Shown: positions 33,504 through 45,184, counted from the stretch's first letter. The stretch is DNA of 64,000 nt from Savitreella phatthalungensis (GCA_051599415.1 AP039692.1:248001-312000); one strand, 5' to 3'. Notes: generated by a model not told the origin, from the sequence alone. Program-made: numbers and translations.

Positions 33504-34630
33504 CCGACATCCCAGCAGACGTGCATCTTCTTCGTCCCGACATTCACCCAGGCGACTAGACCGATGGTGTAGCCAGTCTGGGTGCGGATGTGGACGACGT
33601 GATTGCCGGCGTCGTAGTCCGTGGCTGCTGGACACTTGGCGTATGCGGTCTCAGGCAGGGTGACGTTGCCGTCGAGGACGCCGTGCTTATCGATGTCTGC
33701 GGTGGTGATCTGGAAGGAGTTGGTCGGGTCGTCTGCCGGCACGCAAATTGCCGCTCCTGCATTCTCGATCTTGCCGTCAAAGTCCTCATTCGCAGGGTGG
33801 GTCGCCTGGTCACCGGACGCCCACTTACACCTGTCACCCAGCTGATAGCTCCACGGACCGGCGTACCACGAGTCCCAGCACACATGGATGTTTCCGTCCC
33901 CATCAAGCCATCCGACCGTACCCACCCAGGCCTCCATGTACACCATCTCAGCGCCGATCGCGATCCGCACGGCTTTCCACCCGTCAGGTTTCGGACAAGC
34001 AGTCAAGGCCTCGTCTGACAGCTTGATGAATGGGTCGATCAACATCTTCCGCGCCACGATCGGCCGATCAAGATTGACGCCCTTGTAGCAGCTCGCTGCG
34101 CCGTCGTTCCAGGTTGCCGCAGTTTTCGGGTCCGCCGAGTCACTGTCGTTGTCGTCCCCGCGTTTGACGAGCTCTGCAGCAGCGGCGGTGTCCCGCATGT
34201 TGATGGTCACTTGGCGTTTCCCGCGACGATGAGCGGATGATCCCTTACTGTCCGGTTGTGACTTGGTTCCGCAGTGGACGGAGATGTCGTGGCGGGAGGT
34301 TCCTCGGAAGAAGCCATCAAAGTCGACGTGGAGGTTGAATTCGTTGTCGAGCGCGCCGTAGGCTGCGATCGCGAACGTGTTGAGCTCCACCAGGACCGTC
34401 ACGGGCACGGCGGTGACCATGTCCGGGATGTGAGGTCTCCATGCATCCGCCGCTGCAGGCATCTGCAACCCATACACGTTGATCTGCGCCAACCTCACCG
34501 TCTCGTGCTTAATGCTGAAAGTGTTGCCATCCCCGGTTCCACAAAGGACTTCAGGTTGGTCGGGAACGTTGCCATAGAACTCGGCGGCGACCAAGCGCGC
34601 CACACCGAGCAGGAGCGCTAATGCATGCAT
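33404..34630 (-). CDS. Secreted Cys-containing protein with Kex2 sites and two tandem HVCWD domains (effector-like)
   Basis: Signal peptide MHALALLLGVARLVAA; RRGKR and VKR sites; two ~95-aa four-Cys repeats. Confidence 0.75.
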   Translation of the reverse strand: MHALALLLGVARLVAAEFYGNVPDQPEVLCGTGDGNTFSIKHETVRLAQINVYGLQMPAAADAWRPHIPDMVTAVPVTVLVELNTFAIAAYGALDNEFNLHVDFDGFFRGTSRHDISVHCGTKSQPDSKGSSAHRRGKRQVTINMRDTAAAAELVKRGDDNDSDSADPKTAATWNDGAASCYKGVNLDRPIVARKMLIDPFIKLSDEALTACPKPDGWKAVRIAIGAEMVYMEAWVGTVGWLDGDGNIHVCWDSWYAGPWSYQLGDRCKWASGDQATHPANEDFDGKIENAGAAICVPADDPTNSFQITTADIDKHGVLDGNVTLPETAYAKCPAATDYDAGNHVVHIRTQTGYTIGLVAWVNVGTKKMHVCWDVGYIGRDNPISTPCDFADDVQKKRKSAHSLDVTS

Positions 34631-35598
34631 TGAATACAAAATTTTGACTCTGTCGACGTCGTTTTATCGCCCGAGTCTTGCGGTAACAGCGTCAACTTAC
34701 GGGGAGACACGCCGGTCTTATTCGACCGCGACCGAAGGCGGAGCAGCTCGGTCTCATGATGGAATGTTTATGGATCTCGTGACCTTATTGATTCCGAAGG
34801 GCCAACGCGAGAGCTATAGTGTGATCGCGTGCACATATCTCAGACGACGGTCGCGTGGACGATACTGTACCGGTGGTAGCGTGTCGTCTAAGCCGCCAAG
34901 GTCTATTTATCATTCATCAACACATCTCACTCATGACTTGCTGATAGCGCCTTCACGGGTAACGTTAGATGATGCACGAGATGATGAAGACTACATGAAC
35001 AATGGCTGATAAGAGACTCTGAGTGAGAAGATCTGGCTACAATGAATGGTCTCCAATCATTTAGAGTTGCGCGGGTATTCCGTGGCAGATCGACGGCTTC
35101 TCTATTGACTGTACTGACATAGACTCACCTTTCATCCACATCTGACCTGGAGGAGGATGAGAGTATCCTGGTGACTCTAGTCAGCTAGCTCACTCTTGCA
35201 TGCAGGTTTTGTTCCAAGTCTTTTTCATCGTTGTTGAGTTACAGAGGAATTTGGAGATTCCTGTATCTGAGAGTGGTGGAGATGGCAAATTCACCGATTG
35301 TAACAGGTGGCCGCCAATCAGAAATCAATGCGATCTTACGTAGACACGGGAACGAGCAACAGCCAGCACAAGTCTACAGGTGGCTTTGGAGACATGTTCA
35401 AGGAGTGTGTGTCTCTGTTTCATGGAAGCTCGCTTGCTTGCATGCTCGCTCGTGGACTGTGACGATTGGACGAGCTATCCGCAACTCTTTAGTAAATCGG
35501 CGACGGCAGTGTGGTGTCAGGAGAGGACAAAAGGTACAAGAGAGGTCGTCCAGCCGCTCATCTGTCAGTGAAAGTTACAAATCACACCAACAACAATC

Positions 35599-36879
35599 AT
35601 GGGAGTTGACATCCTGATCTCTGGCTGCAGCATTGCTGGCCCAGTCCTTGCATACTGGCTACTTCGTGGTGACCCGACTCATCGAATTACCATCATTGAG
35701 CGTGACACCGAGCTCCGGCTGACCGGTCAATCTGTCGATATCCGTGACGGTGCGGTGGACGTGATGCGAGCGATGGGAGTTGAAGACGAAGTCCGAAAGC
35801 ACATCACTCCAGAGACTGGACTATCATTTGTGGATGAGGACGACAAGGTACTCCTTCAGACGATGGCCACAGGCGATACATCCAACCAGTCCTTCACCTC
35901 TGAGTTCGAGGTCCTGCGCGGGGAGCTTTCGAACGTGTTCGTGTCTCTCGTGCGGGACAAGGTGAAGATTGTACTGGGGGAGACTGTGCGGGAGATTTCT
36001 GAGGAAGGTGAGGGTGTGGATGTGACGTTTGCGTCAGGGAAGAAGGCGACGTATGGACTTGTGGTCGCGTGTGATGGCATTGGCTCGCGAATCCGCAACA
36101 TCACACTCGGCACCCTCCAGGACCGGCGCAGACACTTCTACCCACTCCACCTCTACTGCGCCTACGCCACAGTCGACAAGAACCTCCTCGGCGGCCAGTA
36201 TCTGGCCAAGTGGGCTACACTGACCGAGGGCAGGGTCGCCCTCATCCGACCAGACACCCAGCCTGGACGGTCCAGGGTTGCAATCCTTAAAAGCTTCTCG
36301 AACGAGAAAGCTGAAATCGCCTTCCGGAACAGGTTGACGGGATCGAGTGAGGCGCAAAGGCAGGCATTCAAGGAAGTATTTGCAGGATCTGGACCCCTCG
36401 TGGAGGAGGCTGTGGCGCTTGCTGCGGAGAACGAGGAGTTCTACTCGACTGAGCTTGCACAGGTGCGCGTCCAGACACTCAGCAAGGGTCGCGTTGCGTG
36501 GATCGGCGATGCAGGACACTGTGGGACGCCGCTGACGGGCATGGGGACGTCGATGGCCATCATTGCAGCCTATGTCACCGCTGGAGAAGTGACAAAGGCA
36601 CTCGAGGAAGGCAGAGACGTCGGGTCTGGGTTGAAGCGGATGTCCGATATCATCCTACCCTTCACCCGTGACATCCAATCCTCCAGCCCGACTCAGGCCA
36701 AGCTCATGTTCCCGCAGACGAAATATGGACTGTTGACATTGCGGCTGCTGGTCCGACTGGCTGCCTTTCTCCAGCTGCCAAAGATCGCCGAGTGGCTTGG
36801 ATCGTTCTCCTACTTCCAGTCAAAAATCTGGAGACCGCAGCAGTACGTGTGGCGTGAGATCTCCAGGTCTGAGAAGTAG
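35599..36879 (+). CDS. FAD-dependent monooxygenase (FAD_binding_3 family)
   Basis: ILISGCSIAG, ACDGIGSRIR and IGDAGH..TPLTGMGTS motifs. Confidence 0.9.
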   Translation: MGVDILISGCSIAGPVLAYWLLRGDPTHRITIIERDTELRLTGQSVDIRDGAVDVMRAMGVEDEVRKHITPETGLSFVDEDDKVLLQTMATGDTSNQSFTSEFEVLRGELSNVFVSLVRDKVKIVLGETVREISEEGEGVDVTFASGKKATYGLVVACDGIGSRIRNITLGTLQDRRRHFYPLHLYCAYATVDKNLLGGQYLAKWATLTEGRVALIRPDTQPGRSRVAILKSFSNEKAEIAFRNRLTGSSEAQRQAFKEVFAGSGPLVEEAVALAAENEEFYSTELAQVRVQTLSKGRVAWIGDAGHCGTPLTGMGTSMAIIAAYVTAGEVTKALEEGRDVGSGLKRMSDIILPFTRDIQSSSPTQAKLMFPQTKYGLLTLRLLVRLAAFLQLPKIAEWLGSFSYFQSKIWRPQQYVWREISRSEK

Positions 36880-38009
36880 ACGATTTTGACAGGGGTAAGC
36901 GTACGAAGGATACGTGAGAGACGGAAAGAGACGATATGCAGACGACAGCAGTGAATTGGACGAGACTCGAATGAGATGATTTGCAGCTCTACGACAGCGC
37001 AAGACTTACACTATACTGGTAGACTTAAGTGATGACAATTGAATGATTCGACACGTGATTCTATCACTTCTTGGAAATCACCGGAGGAGTGAGACAAACG
37101 CTGTGTATTGAGCGCTGTGTATTGAGGGGCAAAAGGGAAGCTGACATGGCGACTGCAAGGATGTTATCGCTGAAGAAGTGGAAGATTGATTTGCACAAGT
37201 GGTGATGGCTCGCTTGTGCATCCAGGTGTGAGTCTCTGCGTGCGGTACTTTCCACCTCGCTCTACCTTACGCTACGCTACGCCACTCCACGCTACGCCCT
37301 CCTCCACTCAAGCTCACTCTGAACTCATTTGTGCATAGTCGTTGAGCCTGTGAAGGTGTCTGTGCATGTGGAGGACTTTTGATTGCTCGATTGCTCTTTT
37401 CATGTGATTAATTGCCAAGAACACATTTCATTTCAAGTCATTTCATTTTACTTGAATCTCTTTCGTTATCGGAGTCAGCCGAGATCAAAGATGAGCTCAG
37501 ATGCACAATTAATGCCAACTCCACTTTTCAAACTTGATCGTAGCACTCACTGGCCTATCAGACAAATACAGTTCAGTCAGTGACCGGCCACCTTCTCTTA
37601 CTTGCAGTATCTTCCTTTTCTTAGTTTTCATCCGCGGCATCCATCAATACAAGAATTCATCGGTCTAGAGAGTTTCAAAGTAGAGGGGGGATGGGCGAAT
37701 GACGGATTAGCTGTCGGAGATCTCGGTGCCGACTTGAGAGAAATAAAAAAGGAATTGCAGATTTAATCCAGATCTGATCTGATCTGAATCGAGAAGAGGA
37801 ATTTACAATCTCAAATTCAAATTTAAATCCATTACTCATCGACTAGCTGTTGTACTTTATTCGGAATTTACATGCTAGACTATCCTCTGAAGAGGTAGGG
37901 TATATGTGTGTGTAGGTGATACCCCGCAGAGAACCAGTATTCAATCAAACCAAAGTGAAAAGGTTTACCGAATCGATCAATCAATCCACTCCACCACCAC
38001 CAGTGCATC

Positions 38010-38250
38010 ATTCACTCACTCATCCACTCACTCACTCACTCACTCATCCACTCACCCACTCACACCACACACTCTGAGCAAGTACTGTGGAGGAACTTCC
38101 CTGTCCAGGTCGTCAGACACGCGCTCACTCGCTCACTCGCTCAATCGTCCTCCGGGCGTCCATCGAACGAGGATACAGTCAGACTACGCGCTCTCTCTCA
38201 GTCAGTCAGTCAGTCAGTCACTCACTCGCTCACTCACTCACTCACTCGGT
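38010..38250. repeat. Degenerate (TCAC)n/(TCAG)n tetranucleotide tract upstream of the SDR gene
   Basis: Runs of ctcactcactca and tcagtcagtcag. Confidence 0.8.
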
Positions 38251-38529
38251 GCTCCCACCCACCTGCGCCAGCTAGCGGCTCCGTCATAGACCCGCTCGCG
38301 CCTCCGTCTCAAACCCAATCCTCCTGTCCATCCCTCCTGGTTCTCACTCACTGACACGCCAACGCTTGGCATCCACTCGACAACCTTCAAGCCTGTCTCC
38401 ATCGTCTTCATAAGAACGACATATACAAGAACAACCAGACGTCTCGGATTTCCATCAACCTCTCACCCCTTGCAACAAGACTCTTCATTACACATCTTCT
38501 CCCCCCTTTAGAGTCTTTTCTACACAAAA

Positions 38530-39714
38530 ATGTCTGTGCCGACGCCCCAGCCAAAGTCGCTCTCAGGCGCAGCTGAGCAAGCAGTCAAGCAGTCACCTTC
38601 TCCAACAGAACCCACCAAATCCACCCCGGCCAATGACCCGAATCTCACACGATCGACCGGCAAGTTCACCGGCAACTTCATCTCCCCATACCTCGACGCA
38701 GACAAGTGTAACACCTGGCCAAACATTAACGTCCTCAAGGACAGAGTGGTCGTGATCACGGGCGGGGCCAGTGGCTTTGGACGGGCATTCGCGCTCAAAT
38801 ACCTCGAGGCCGGATGCAGGGTGATTATCGGCGACCTGGACACCGTCAAGGGTGAGGCGCTTGCGAAATCCCACCCACGCGCGTCGTTTGTCAAGTGCAA
38901 CGTGCTGAGCTGGAACGACCAGGTGAAGCTGTTTGAGACTGCGATGTCGTACGGCGCGATCGACATTGTCATCGCCAACGCCGGTGTGACTGAGGGCAAG
39001 TACTGTGAGACGATCTTGGAGTTCAAGGAGCCGCCGCTGAGATGCCTTGATATCAACCTCCGCGCACAGTTCTTCACCGCCAAGCTCGCACACATCTTCT
39101 TTGCCAAGACGCAGAACAAGACGAGGAAGAACCTGATCCTGCTGGGATCGATGGCTTCCGTGGGCGAGATCCCAGGCGGTCCAGAGTATACTGCCGCAAA
39201 GCACGGCATGCTCGGTCTCATGCGCGCACTCCGGAGAACCTCTCCACAGGAAGGTGCTGGCGCATGCCGAGTCAACTCCCTCCACCCATGGTTCGTCGAG
39301 ACTGGTATCATCGACGTCCGCGAGAAGGCTCTCCTCGCCGGCACCGTCTACTCCCGTATCGAGGACGTCGTCAAGGCTGCCCTTGTCATCTCTTGTGACG
39401 ACACGATCAACGGCCGCGCGCTCGCTGTGCTCGAGCCTGCGATTGGCGTGATTGACATCGGTGTTGAAGGTCGGGAGGACTGCAAGCTGGTGTTGTCTGA
39501 GGCTGGCGATTTCGGTATCTTCACTCGCAGAATCGAGTACCTGTACGGCGTACGCTCAAAGGCCATCAGATTCGTCACCTACCTCGAATCCATCATCAAA
39601 GTCACAAAGCCACTCAGAATCCCAGCCATCTTCCTAGCTCTCTTCATCGCCTTCAAGCGATCATCAAGACTACAGATGCTCTGGCTAGTCCTCCAGCAGC
39701 GCATCCGTGGCTAG
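38530..39714 (+). CDS. Short-chain dehydrogenase/reductase with a C-terminal hydrophobic segment
   Basis: TGGASGFG, IANAG and YTAAKHG catalytic motif. Confidence 0.9.
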   Translation: MSVPTPQPKSLSGAAEQAVKQSPSPTEPTKSTPANDPNLTRSTGKFTGNFISPYLDADKCNTWPNINVLKDRVVVITGGASGFGRAFALKYLEAGCRVIIGDLDTVKGEALAKSHPRASFVKCNVLSWNDQVKLFETAMSYGAIDIVIANAGVTEGKYCETILEFKEPPLRCLDINLRAQFFTAKLAHIFFAKTQNKTRKNLILLGSMASVGEIPGGPEYTAAKHGMLGLMRALRRTSPQEGAGACRVNSLHPWFVETGIIDVREKALLAGTVYSRIEDVVKAALVISCDDTINGRALAVLEPAIGVIDIGVEGREDCKLVLSEAGDFGIFTRRIEYLYGVRSKAIRFVTYLESIIKVTKPLRIPAIFLALFIAFKRSSRLQMLWLVLQQRIRG

Positions 39715-39853
39715 AGTTCCTCCCAGGGTTCTACCTTTCAACTCAATTCTCATTCATCCTACACACTGAACAACTCTCGTCCTTGAAGGTCCTCAAACTA
39801 GGGTTTCTTTATTTAAAATTATACATGCCCATAAATCCAATCGGCTGGCTATG

Positions 39854-42800
39854 CTATGCAAAGTACGTGTGTGAGGGTTCAGCGAGATCGTCAAGCTGCT
39901 CCTGGGTGAATGCCTTCTGATCGATGTGCCAGGTATCGTTGTGGGTCTTCTTGAAGGATGCGAGGACGCGCTTGATGGATGCGCCTATCGGGTGTGGATT
40001 GTCTGCTGACCTTGCCAGCCGGGCCAGTACCTCCGGCAGCCACAGCGGAGGGCTGTCGTAGGGGAAAGCGGACACGAGTGCAGAGAGACCGAGGATGGGA
40101 GCGTGCCTTGCCAAAATCGCCTGCTGAGATCTCGAGACAGGTGCGCGATCGAGCTGCGATTGAAACAGCCGGATAAGGCGGTCGATTGTCTCGTCACGCT
40201 GGGTCGAGGAGGCCCGGATCATGCCGGAGAGTGTAGATGCGGCGCCTTCACGAACCTCCAGTTGCGCATCGCTCAGCAGGAGAACGACGGCGTCCAGGAT
40301 CGCCTGCCGATCTGCCACACCGATGTAGAACACGTTGCGGTAGTAGAAGACTTGGAGGATAGCCATGACGCGAAGGCGGTGGTGCCATTGCTTGTGGGTG
40401 GTCATGATCTCGACGAGTGACTGACTCATCGGGTGGACCTGCTCAGGCGGGTATACGGCATTCGATAGCGCTTTGAACAGGTTCACTGCCAGCACAAGCA
40501 GATCGTGGTCTTCCTTGACGTCCAGCATGTGCAGCAGTTCTGGTAGAATCAAGGTCGGCACGAATGGCAGCAGCTGATGCACTTCCGTTGAGTCGATTCC
40601 ACAAGACAGCCAGGCTAATGTCGTCTTGCAGCCGGTGGTGTACGCGGTTGGCTGCTCTGCGCCTGGCGGCCGCTCTGATCGCCAGATCGCTAGCTGAGAG
40701 AATGTCGCCTGCATGCACTCCCGCAGTGCTGGCGATGGTGGATACGCTGCGACGCCAAAGTCCTTGCCTGCGCATGCGTCCAGTAGGTCAGGCACATTCT
40801 TATAGCCTCGCGGCCTGCTTGCCCATAGTAGACTGAGCGTCTTTCCGATCTCGTCTCGAACACGCTTGTAAGGGTGGGCGAGGTGGCGAGCGAGCTGGGA
40901 GGCGAGATCGCCGCCCACGAATCGCCAGCCAATCGCACCGATTGCTTTTCGCAGGACACTCAAGCGGGCTGAAGCAGCGAACGCCGAAGTGTCGTCTAGA
41001 TCCGCCAGTGTCAGCAGCAATGGGACGAGATTCGCGAACCGGCGTGCATCTCTATGCCGCAGCGTCGTCGTCACACACGATTGCCAGTACGAGAGGTTCT
41101 CGGGCGTCAGTCCCGTGTGGAGAACGTCCTTGAGAAGCTCGGTACACCAGCTCATAGTCTCTGCAGCGTACTCTTCGGATTCGTAGCGCAGGGACCCCAT
41201 AGCGCCCGCAAGCATCTCGGCGCCGACGCGCTGATGGAAATGAGGCTGGTCGCGGCCACAGAGCTCAGTGATGAGCGGACGGGCCTGCTCTAGCGTGACT
41301 GCGCCTGTCATCCTTCGCGTGCACACGAAGAAAAGCCTGAGGAAGTGCGCGACATGGGTGCGGAATTTGCCATGTCCTTCCTTTGGCTCTTCGCGCCAGA
41401 AACCAACGAGCCGCACAAACCAATCGAGCGAGACGGTCGGCCCTAGATCAGCGAAGATCTTGGCTGTTTCAGCGTCCACCTCGGGCGATGGACCTGGTTT
41501 GAAGATCTCGACTTCATCAGGCCAGACGAGCCAGCCGACACGGGTATCTCGTAGCTGTCCATCTGCCTCCGACGCTGACACGATCTGTCTGCCTGGAACC
41601 AAAAGCTCTTCGGTGGCCGCGCGGGTGAGGTCGCCGCCGGCCAGGACACGAAGCCAGCAGAGGCCTAGGAAGTGGTTGATCTGTGCACCGGCTATAGTGC
41701 GTAGCGCTGGGTGGTCACTGATCGCCATAGAGAACGTGAGTGTTGCCACCTCTGAGGACAGTGGAAGGCCGAGGGATGAGACTGATGCACCGAGCGACGA
41801 CATGGCCGCTCCGGCAATACGCCAGTCAGCCGAACGAGCCAATTCAACGAGATCTGCGCGGAGCGCTGCTTGCCGCTCGCTATCACGCCCGACGATGTCG
41901 CTCTTGACAGATAACTCGTCCTTCTCGTACACACATACAGGCGGTGGCGGCCTCGACTTGAGCGCGCATTCCAGATACGCCTGCTTCACGGGCAGCATCA
42001 TTGACGGCTTGTCGGCGTTTGACAGAAGGACGAGCTTGCGGAGGAGTCGCGGGAAGTACTCGGACCGACCGATGAAGGACTTGATTCCCTTGCCGGATAG
42101 CGTGTACAGAGCACCCTTGACGATTTCCTGATCGCTTGAGTCGAGCGCGTCGAGGAAGAAGGGGATGACCGATGACCGTACGTCGGCAACGGAGCGGAGC
42201 GCCATATTGAGCGCTGATTGTGCGATGGCGCGGATCTCTGTGTATGCGCCGATCGACGTCTGCTGGAGATCCTCGAGCAAGAGGCGATGAGTTGGGGTAA
42301 CATCGACGGTGAGTGTAGCGTGCTTCGTTCGCTGGACGTGATACAAGAGAGCGCGACGAACGAGGTACGGCCGCGGATAAGCTTTGCGCCGGCCTGGTAC
42401 CTTGAACTGCGCAATATCTTCGACGTAAATGTTGGTCAGCTTTGACTGTGAGCCGTCGGCACGCTGATAGCCGACGTTACCGAACCAAGTCTTGAAGACG
42501 AGCAGCAGGACATCGAAACAGAGCACATCATCGGCGTGGTGAGCCGTCAGGTAGTTGTGCCATTTGTGGAGAGAAAGACCAATAGAGTCGCGGAACGCAT
42601 CAAGTCTCGCACGCTCCGGCACGCGACGCCCGTAAGGATAGACTGAAGTGTACTGAAGATTGTCCAGGGAGACTTCCTCATCAGATCGGAAGGCGCGTGA
42701 GGACTCAAAGAGTTCAGTCGCGCCTGCAAGCAGATTTTCGAGATAGCTCAGTCGGGAAACGATCACGTCAGACCATTCCTGTCGGACTTTGCCTGCAGAC

Positions 42801-45184
42801 GCACGCGATGTCTCGATCGCCTCGTCGATTCCGGCAATGACATCTGAGGCTGTCGAGATGAAGAACTCAGTAGCTTCGGCGAGCTCTTCGTCACTCGCCC
42901 GATGCCAGGTGATGCGCAATGCATTAGCTGGGGTAAGACGACCCCAGGATTCGATGCCAGTCACCGCGCCACCAACTTCCTCGGCCACGAGTCGGCGATG
43001 ATCGGTTGGATATGTCTCGACCAGTCCTTCTAGGTAGCTGGACACAAGAATACCAATGAACTCGGTCGCTTGCGAGACACAGTTGCCCATCAGGAATGAG
43101 ACGAGCTCCCGCAGCTCTTTGCGGTGTGCGATCAACTCTGGTCCTCCAGCGTCAACAAGTCCTTCGAGGCAGCGGATGTACCAAACAAGGCCGCGGTCGC
43201 GCGGCAGGATGTCTGCACCGCCGGAGCGCGTGCTGCCTGCGTGGTTGTCAAGCACTTCGGAGCGGATGCTTGCAGTCAAGGGACCAAAAAATGCATGCCA
43301 GGTTTTGTGTGGTCGGGCCTTGCATAGCGCATTGACGACGCCAGACATAGTGTCCGCGACATTGTAGAGCGTATGGCCCTGACAAAAGTCGACGACCTTG
43401 CGGCAGGCGAGGTCGAATAGCTCGTCCGATAGCGCGACGCAAATCGGCGTCATAGCACAGATAAGCTCATTCTGAGCTTGAGATTCACCAGAAGAGGACG
43501 ATGTGGTGGGTGGCAGGTTCTGCAGTAGAATGAAGATGCGATCAAGCAGCATGGACACAATGTCTCGCCACGCGGCTGTTGATGAGCGCGTGTCTTCCAA
43601 GTCTCCAGGTCCGAAGTCCGTGGCATCTTCTTCGAGAAGCTGCAAGTCGCGTTCGACGACTTGCTGTGCTCGCGAGATGTCTCCATCGGTAGAGACATCC
43701 TCGATGCTGACGGCATGGGCTACTTGCGTGAGGAACATGAGCGTCATGCTGGTCTTTCCGAGATCGTTGGCATCGATACCTGGCAATGCAAGGGTGACGA
43801 GCGTTGTCAGATGTGTCCGCCAGCGCGGGTGCACCACGAGAACGGACGTGAGATTTCCGAGGTCATGCAGCGAGACTGCCGTCCGATGTGCCTCAACTAG
43901 ACCTTGTAAAGATGGGTAGATGCGCTTCAGTGCTCCTGGAATGACCTTATCCGGTGCTAGCATTGCAAGCCCTTGAAGTGCCGCTTGAGCCAGGTTTTGT
44001 ACATCTCCAGAACGGTTGTACGTCGCCATGAAGGTGACTTTCAACAAGATATCTACCAGGCGATCGCCCGGACCGATATTCTCCGGCGACTGATATTCGC
44101 CAGATTCTTCACGATTCTTGCGCAACTGGTAGAATGTTACGAGTTCATATAGGACGCTTGCGAGAGGTGTGATCCATGCGCCGGAGTTACTTGGGTGGAA
44201 AAAATTCTCAGTGGCGTCAATGAAGGTCTGCAGACGAGCATATACGCGGTCGTCAGGCAGCATGTACACCAGCAGCCGTGCGACATCCTTTGCGGTCGTG
44301 TATTTACGGTTGAAGAAGATGCTCTTGGCATAAGCATCGGTCGACTTGTGGGAGCCTCCTGTGGAGTTGCCAACAGGGATTTTCATCAGACGTAGCAGGT
44401 GTGTGAAAAGGTAGTCGAGCTGTGTATCGGTGAGCAGGTTACCGCGCTGACCAGAGAGGAATGCATCTCTTGACCAGCGTGACAGGAACTCGATGATGAC
44501 GGCGTCGGCTACATGTGAGCTCCCCAATAGGTTCCATAAGTGGAAGATGGTGGGCATGACCCGGTCGACGTGTGCATAGCTCTTCGTTGGCAGGAACCCA
44601 CAGACCAGGTAGAGGCAAAGGAAGGCGTCGTCGAGATCCGATGTCTGGAACAAAGGTAGAAACTCTGTGAGCATCTCTTCTGTGGCGCTCAACGGGAAGT
44701 AGCCCTGGGCGTGAATTAGTGTTTTCAAGTGGTATAAGTCTTCTGCATCGACAGCTCGGATGATGAGCTCGCCGGAAGGAACGAGGATTCGCTTGATAAC
44801 GAGCCATAGTCTCCGCCAGTCGAGCTCGATATCGATGTCTCTGCGCTTTGTGAGCGTGAGGAAGGTCGTCATGAAACGTGCATGTGGGCGTGAGTCTATG
44901 CCAAAGGCGGTGATGAGCTCGTAGTAAATACGAATCAGGCGAATACGTAGCTCCTGCGGCATTCGAAACTTGAGCGACAGCCAGTCACGAAGCTCCGTAT
45001 TCCAGTAGAGCGCTCGAGGCCAATCTTCAGAGGCCAGTGCGTGCTCGAGTGCATCGACGACGATAGAGAGGCGGGCCAGCCGCTCTTCTTGCGTCTCTGT
45101 GGTGTATGGCAAACAGCTGAAGTATGGGAACGTCTGACCATCGTGAGACCACACAGCCATATCTCGACGATGACGAGAGACCAT
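39854..45184 (-). CDS. BLM10: Proteasome activator Blm10/PA200
   Basis: 1776 aa; LPYTTE, FFHPSNSGAW, LPGIDANDLGKT, FKKTHNDTW and C-terminal YFA proteasome-docking motif. Confidence 0.95.
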   Translation of the reverse strand: MVSRHRRDMAVWSHDGQTFPYFSCLPYTTETQEERLARLSIVVDALEHALASEDWPRALYWNTELRDWLSLKFRMPQELRIRLIRIYYELITAFGIDSRPHARFMTTFLTLTKRRDIDIELDWRRLWLVIKRILVPSGELIIRAVDAEDLYHLKTLIHAQGYFPLSATEEMLTEFLPLFQTSDLDDAFLCLYLVCGFLPTKSYAHVDRVMPTIFHLWNLLGSSHVADAVIIEFLSRWSRDAFLSGQRGNLLTDTQLDYLFTHLLRLMKIPVGNSTGGSHKSTDAYAKSIFFNRKYTTAKDVARLLVYMLPDDRVYARLQTFIDATENFFHPSNSGAWITPLASVLYELVTFYQLRKNREESGEYQSPENIGPGDRLVDILLKVTFMATYNRSGDVQNLAQAALQGLAMLAPDKVIPGALKRIYPSLQGLVEAHRTAVSLHDLGNLTSVLVVHPRWRTHLTTLVTLALPGIDANDLGKTSMTLMFLTQVAHAVSIEDVSTDGDISRAQQVVERDLQLLEEDATDFGPGDLEDTRSSTAAWRDIVSMLLDRIFILLQNLPPTTSSSSGESQAQNELICAMTPICVALSDELFDLACRKVVDFCQGHTLYNVADTMSGVVNALCKARPHKTWHAFFGPLTASIRSEVLDNHAGSTRSGGADILPRDRGLVWYIRCLEGLVDAGGPELIAHRKELRELVSFLMGNCVSQATEFIGILVSSYLEGLVETYPTDHRRLVAEEVGGAVTGIESWGRLTPANALRITWHRASDEELAEATEFFISTASDVIAGIDEAIETSRASAGKVRQEWSDVIVSRLSYLENLLAGATELFESSRAFRSDEEVSLDNLQYTSVYPYGRRVPERARLDAFRDSIGLSLHKWHNYLTAHHADDVLCFDVLLLVFKTWFGNVGYQRADGSQSKLTNIYVEDIAQFKVPGRRKAYPRPYLVRRALLYHVQRTKHATLTVDVTPTHRLLLEDLQQTSIGAYTEIRAIAQSALNMALRSVADVRSSVIPFFLDALDSSDQEIVKGALYTLSGKGIKSFIGRSEYFPRLLRKLVLLSNADKPSMMLPVKQAYLECALKSRPPPPVCVYEKDELSVKSDIVGRDSERQAALRADLVELARSADWRIAGAAMSSLGASVSSLGLPLSSEVATLTFSMAISDHPALRTIAGAQINHFLGLCWLRVLAGGDLTRAATEELLVPGRQIVSASEADGQLRDTRVGWLVWPDEVEIFKPGPSPEVDAETAKIFADLGPTVSLDWFVRLVGFWREEPKEGHGKFRTHVAHFLRLFFVCTRRMTGAVTLEQARPLITELCGRDQPHFHQRVGAEMLAGAMGSLRYESEEYAAETMSWCTELLKDVLHTGLTPENLSYWQSCVTTTLRHRDARRFANLVPLLLTLADLDDTSAFAASARLSVLRKAIGAIGWRFVGGDLASQLARHLAHPYKRVRDEIGKTLSLLWASRPRGYKNVPDLLDACAGKDFGVAAYPPSPALRECMQATFSQLAIWRSERPPGAEQPTAYTTGCKTTLAWLSCGIDSTEVHQLLPFVPTLILPELLHMLDVKEDHDLLVLAVNLFKALSNAVYPPEQVHPMSQSLVEIMTTHKQWHHRLRVMAILQVFYYRNVFYIGVADRQAILDAVVLLLSDAQLEVREGAASTLSGMIRASSTQRDETIDRLIRLFQSQLDRAPVSRSQQAILARHAPILGLSALVSAFPYDSPPLWLPEVLARLARSADNPHPIGASIKRVLASFKKTHNDTWHIDQKAFTQEQLDDLAEPSHTYFA

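Noticed and set aside
37029..37144. GTGATGA...CTGA as a box C/D snoRNA
   Set aside because: No terminal stem or recognisable rRNA guide.
35599..39714. FAD monooxygenase plus SDR as a secondary-metabolite cluster
   Set aside because: No backbone enzyme, transporter or regulator nearby; flanked by housekeeping genes.
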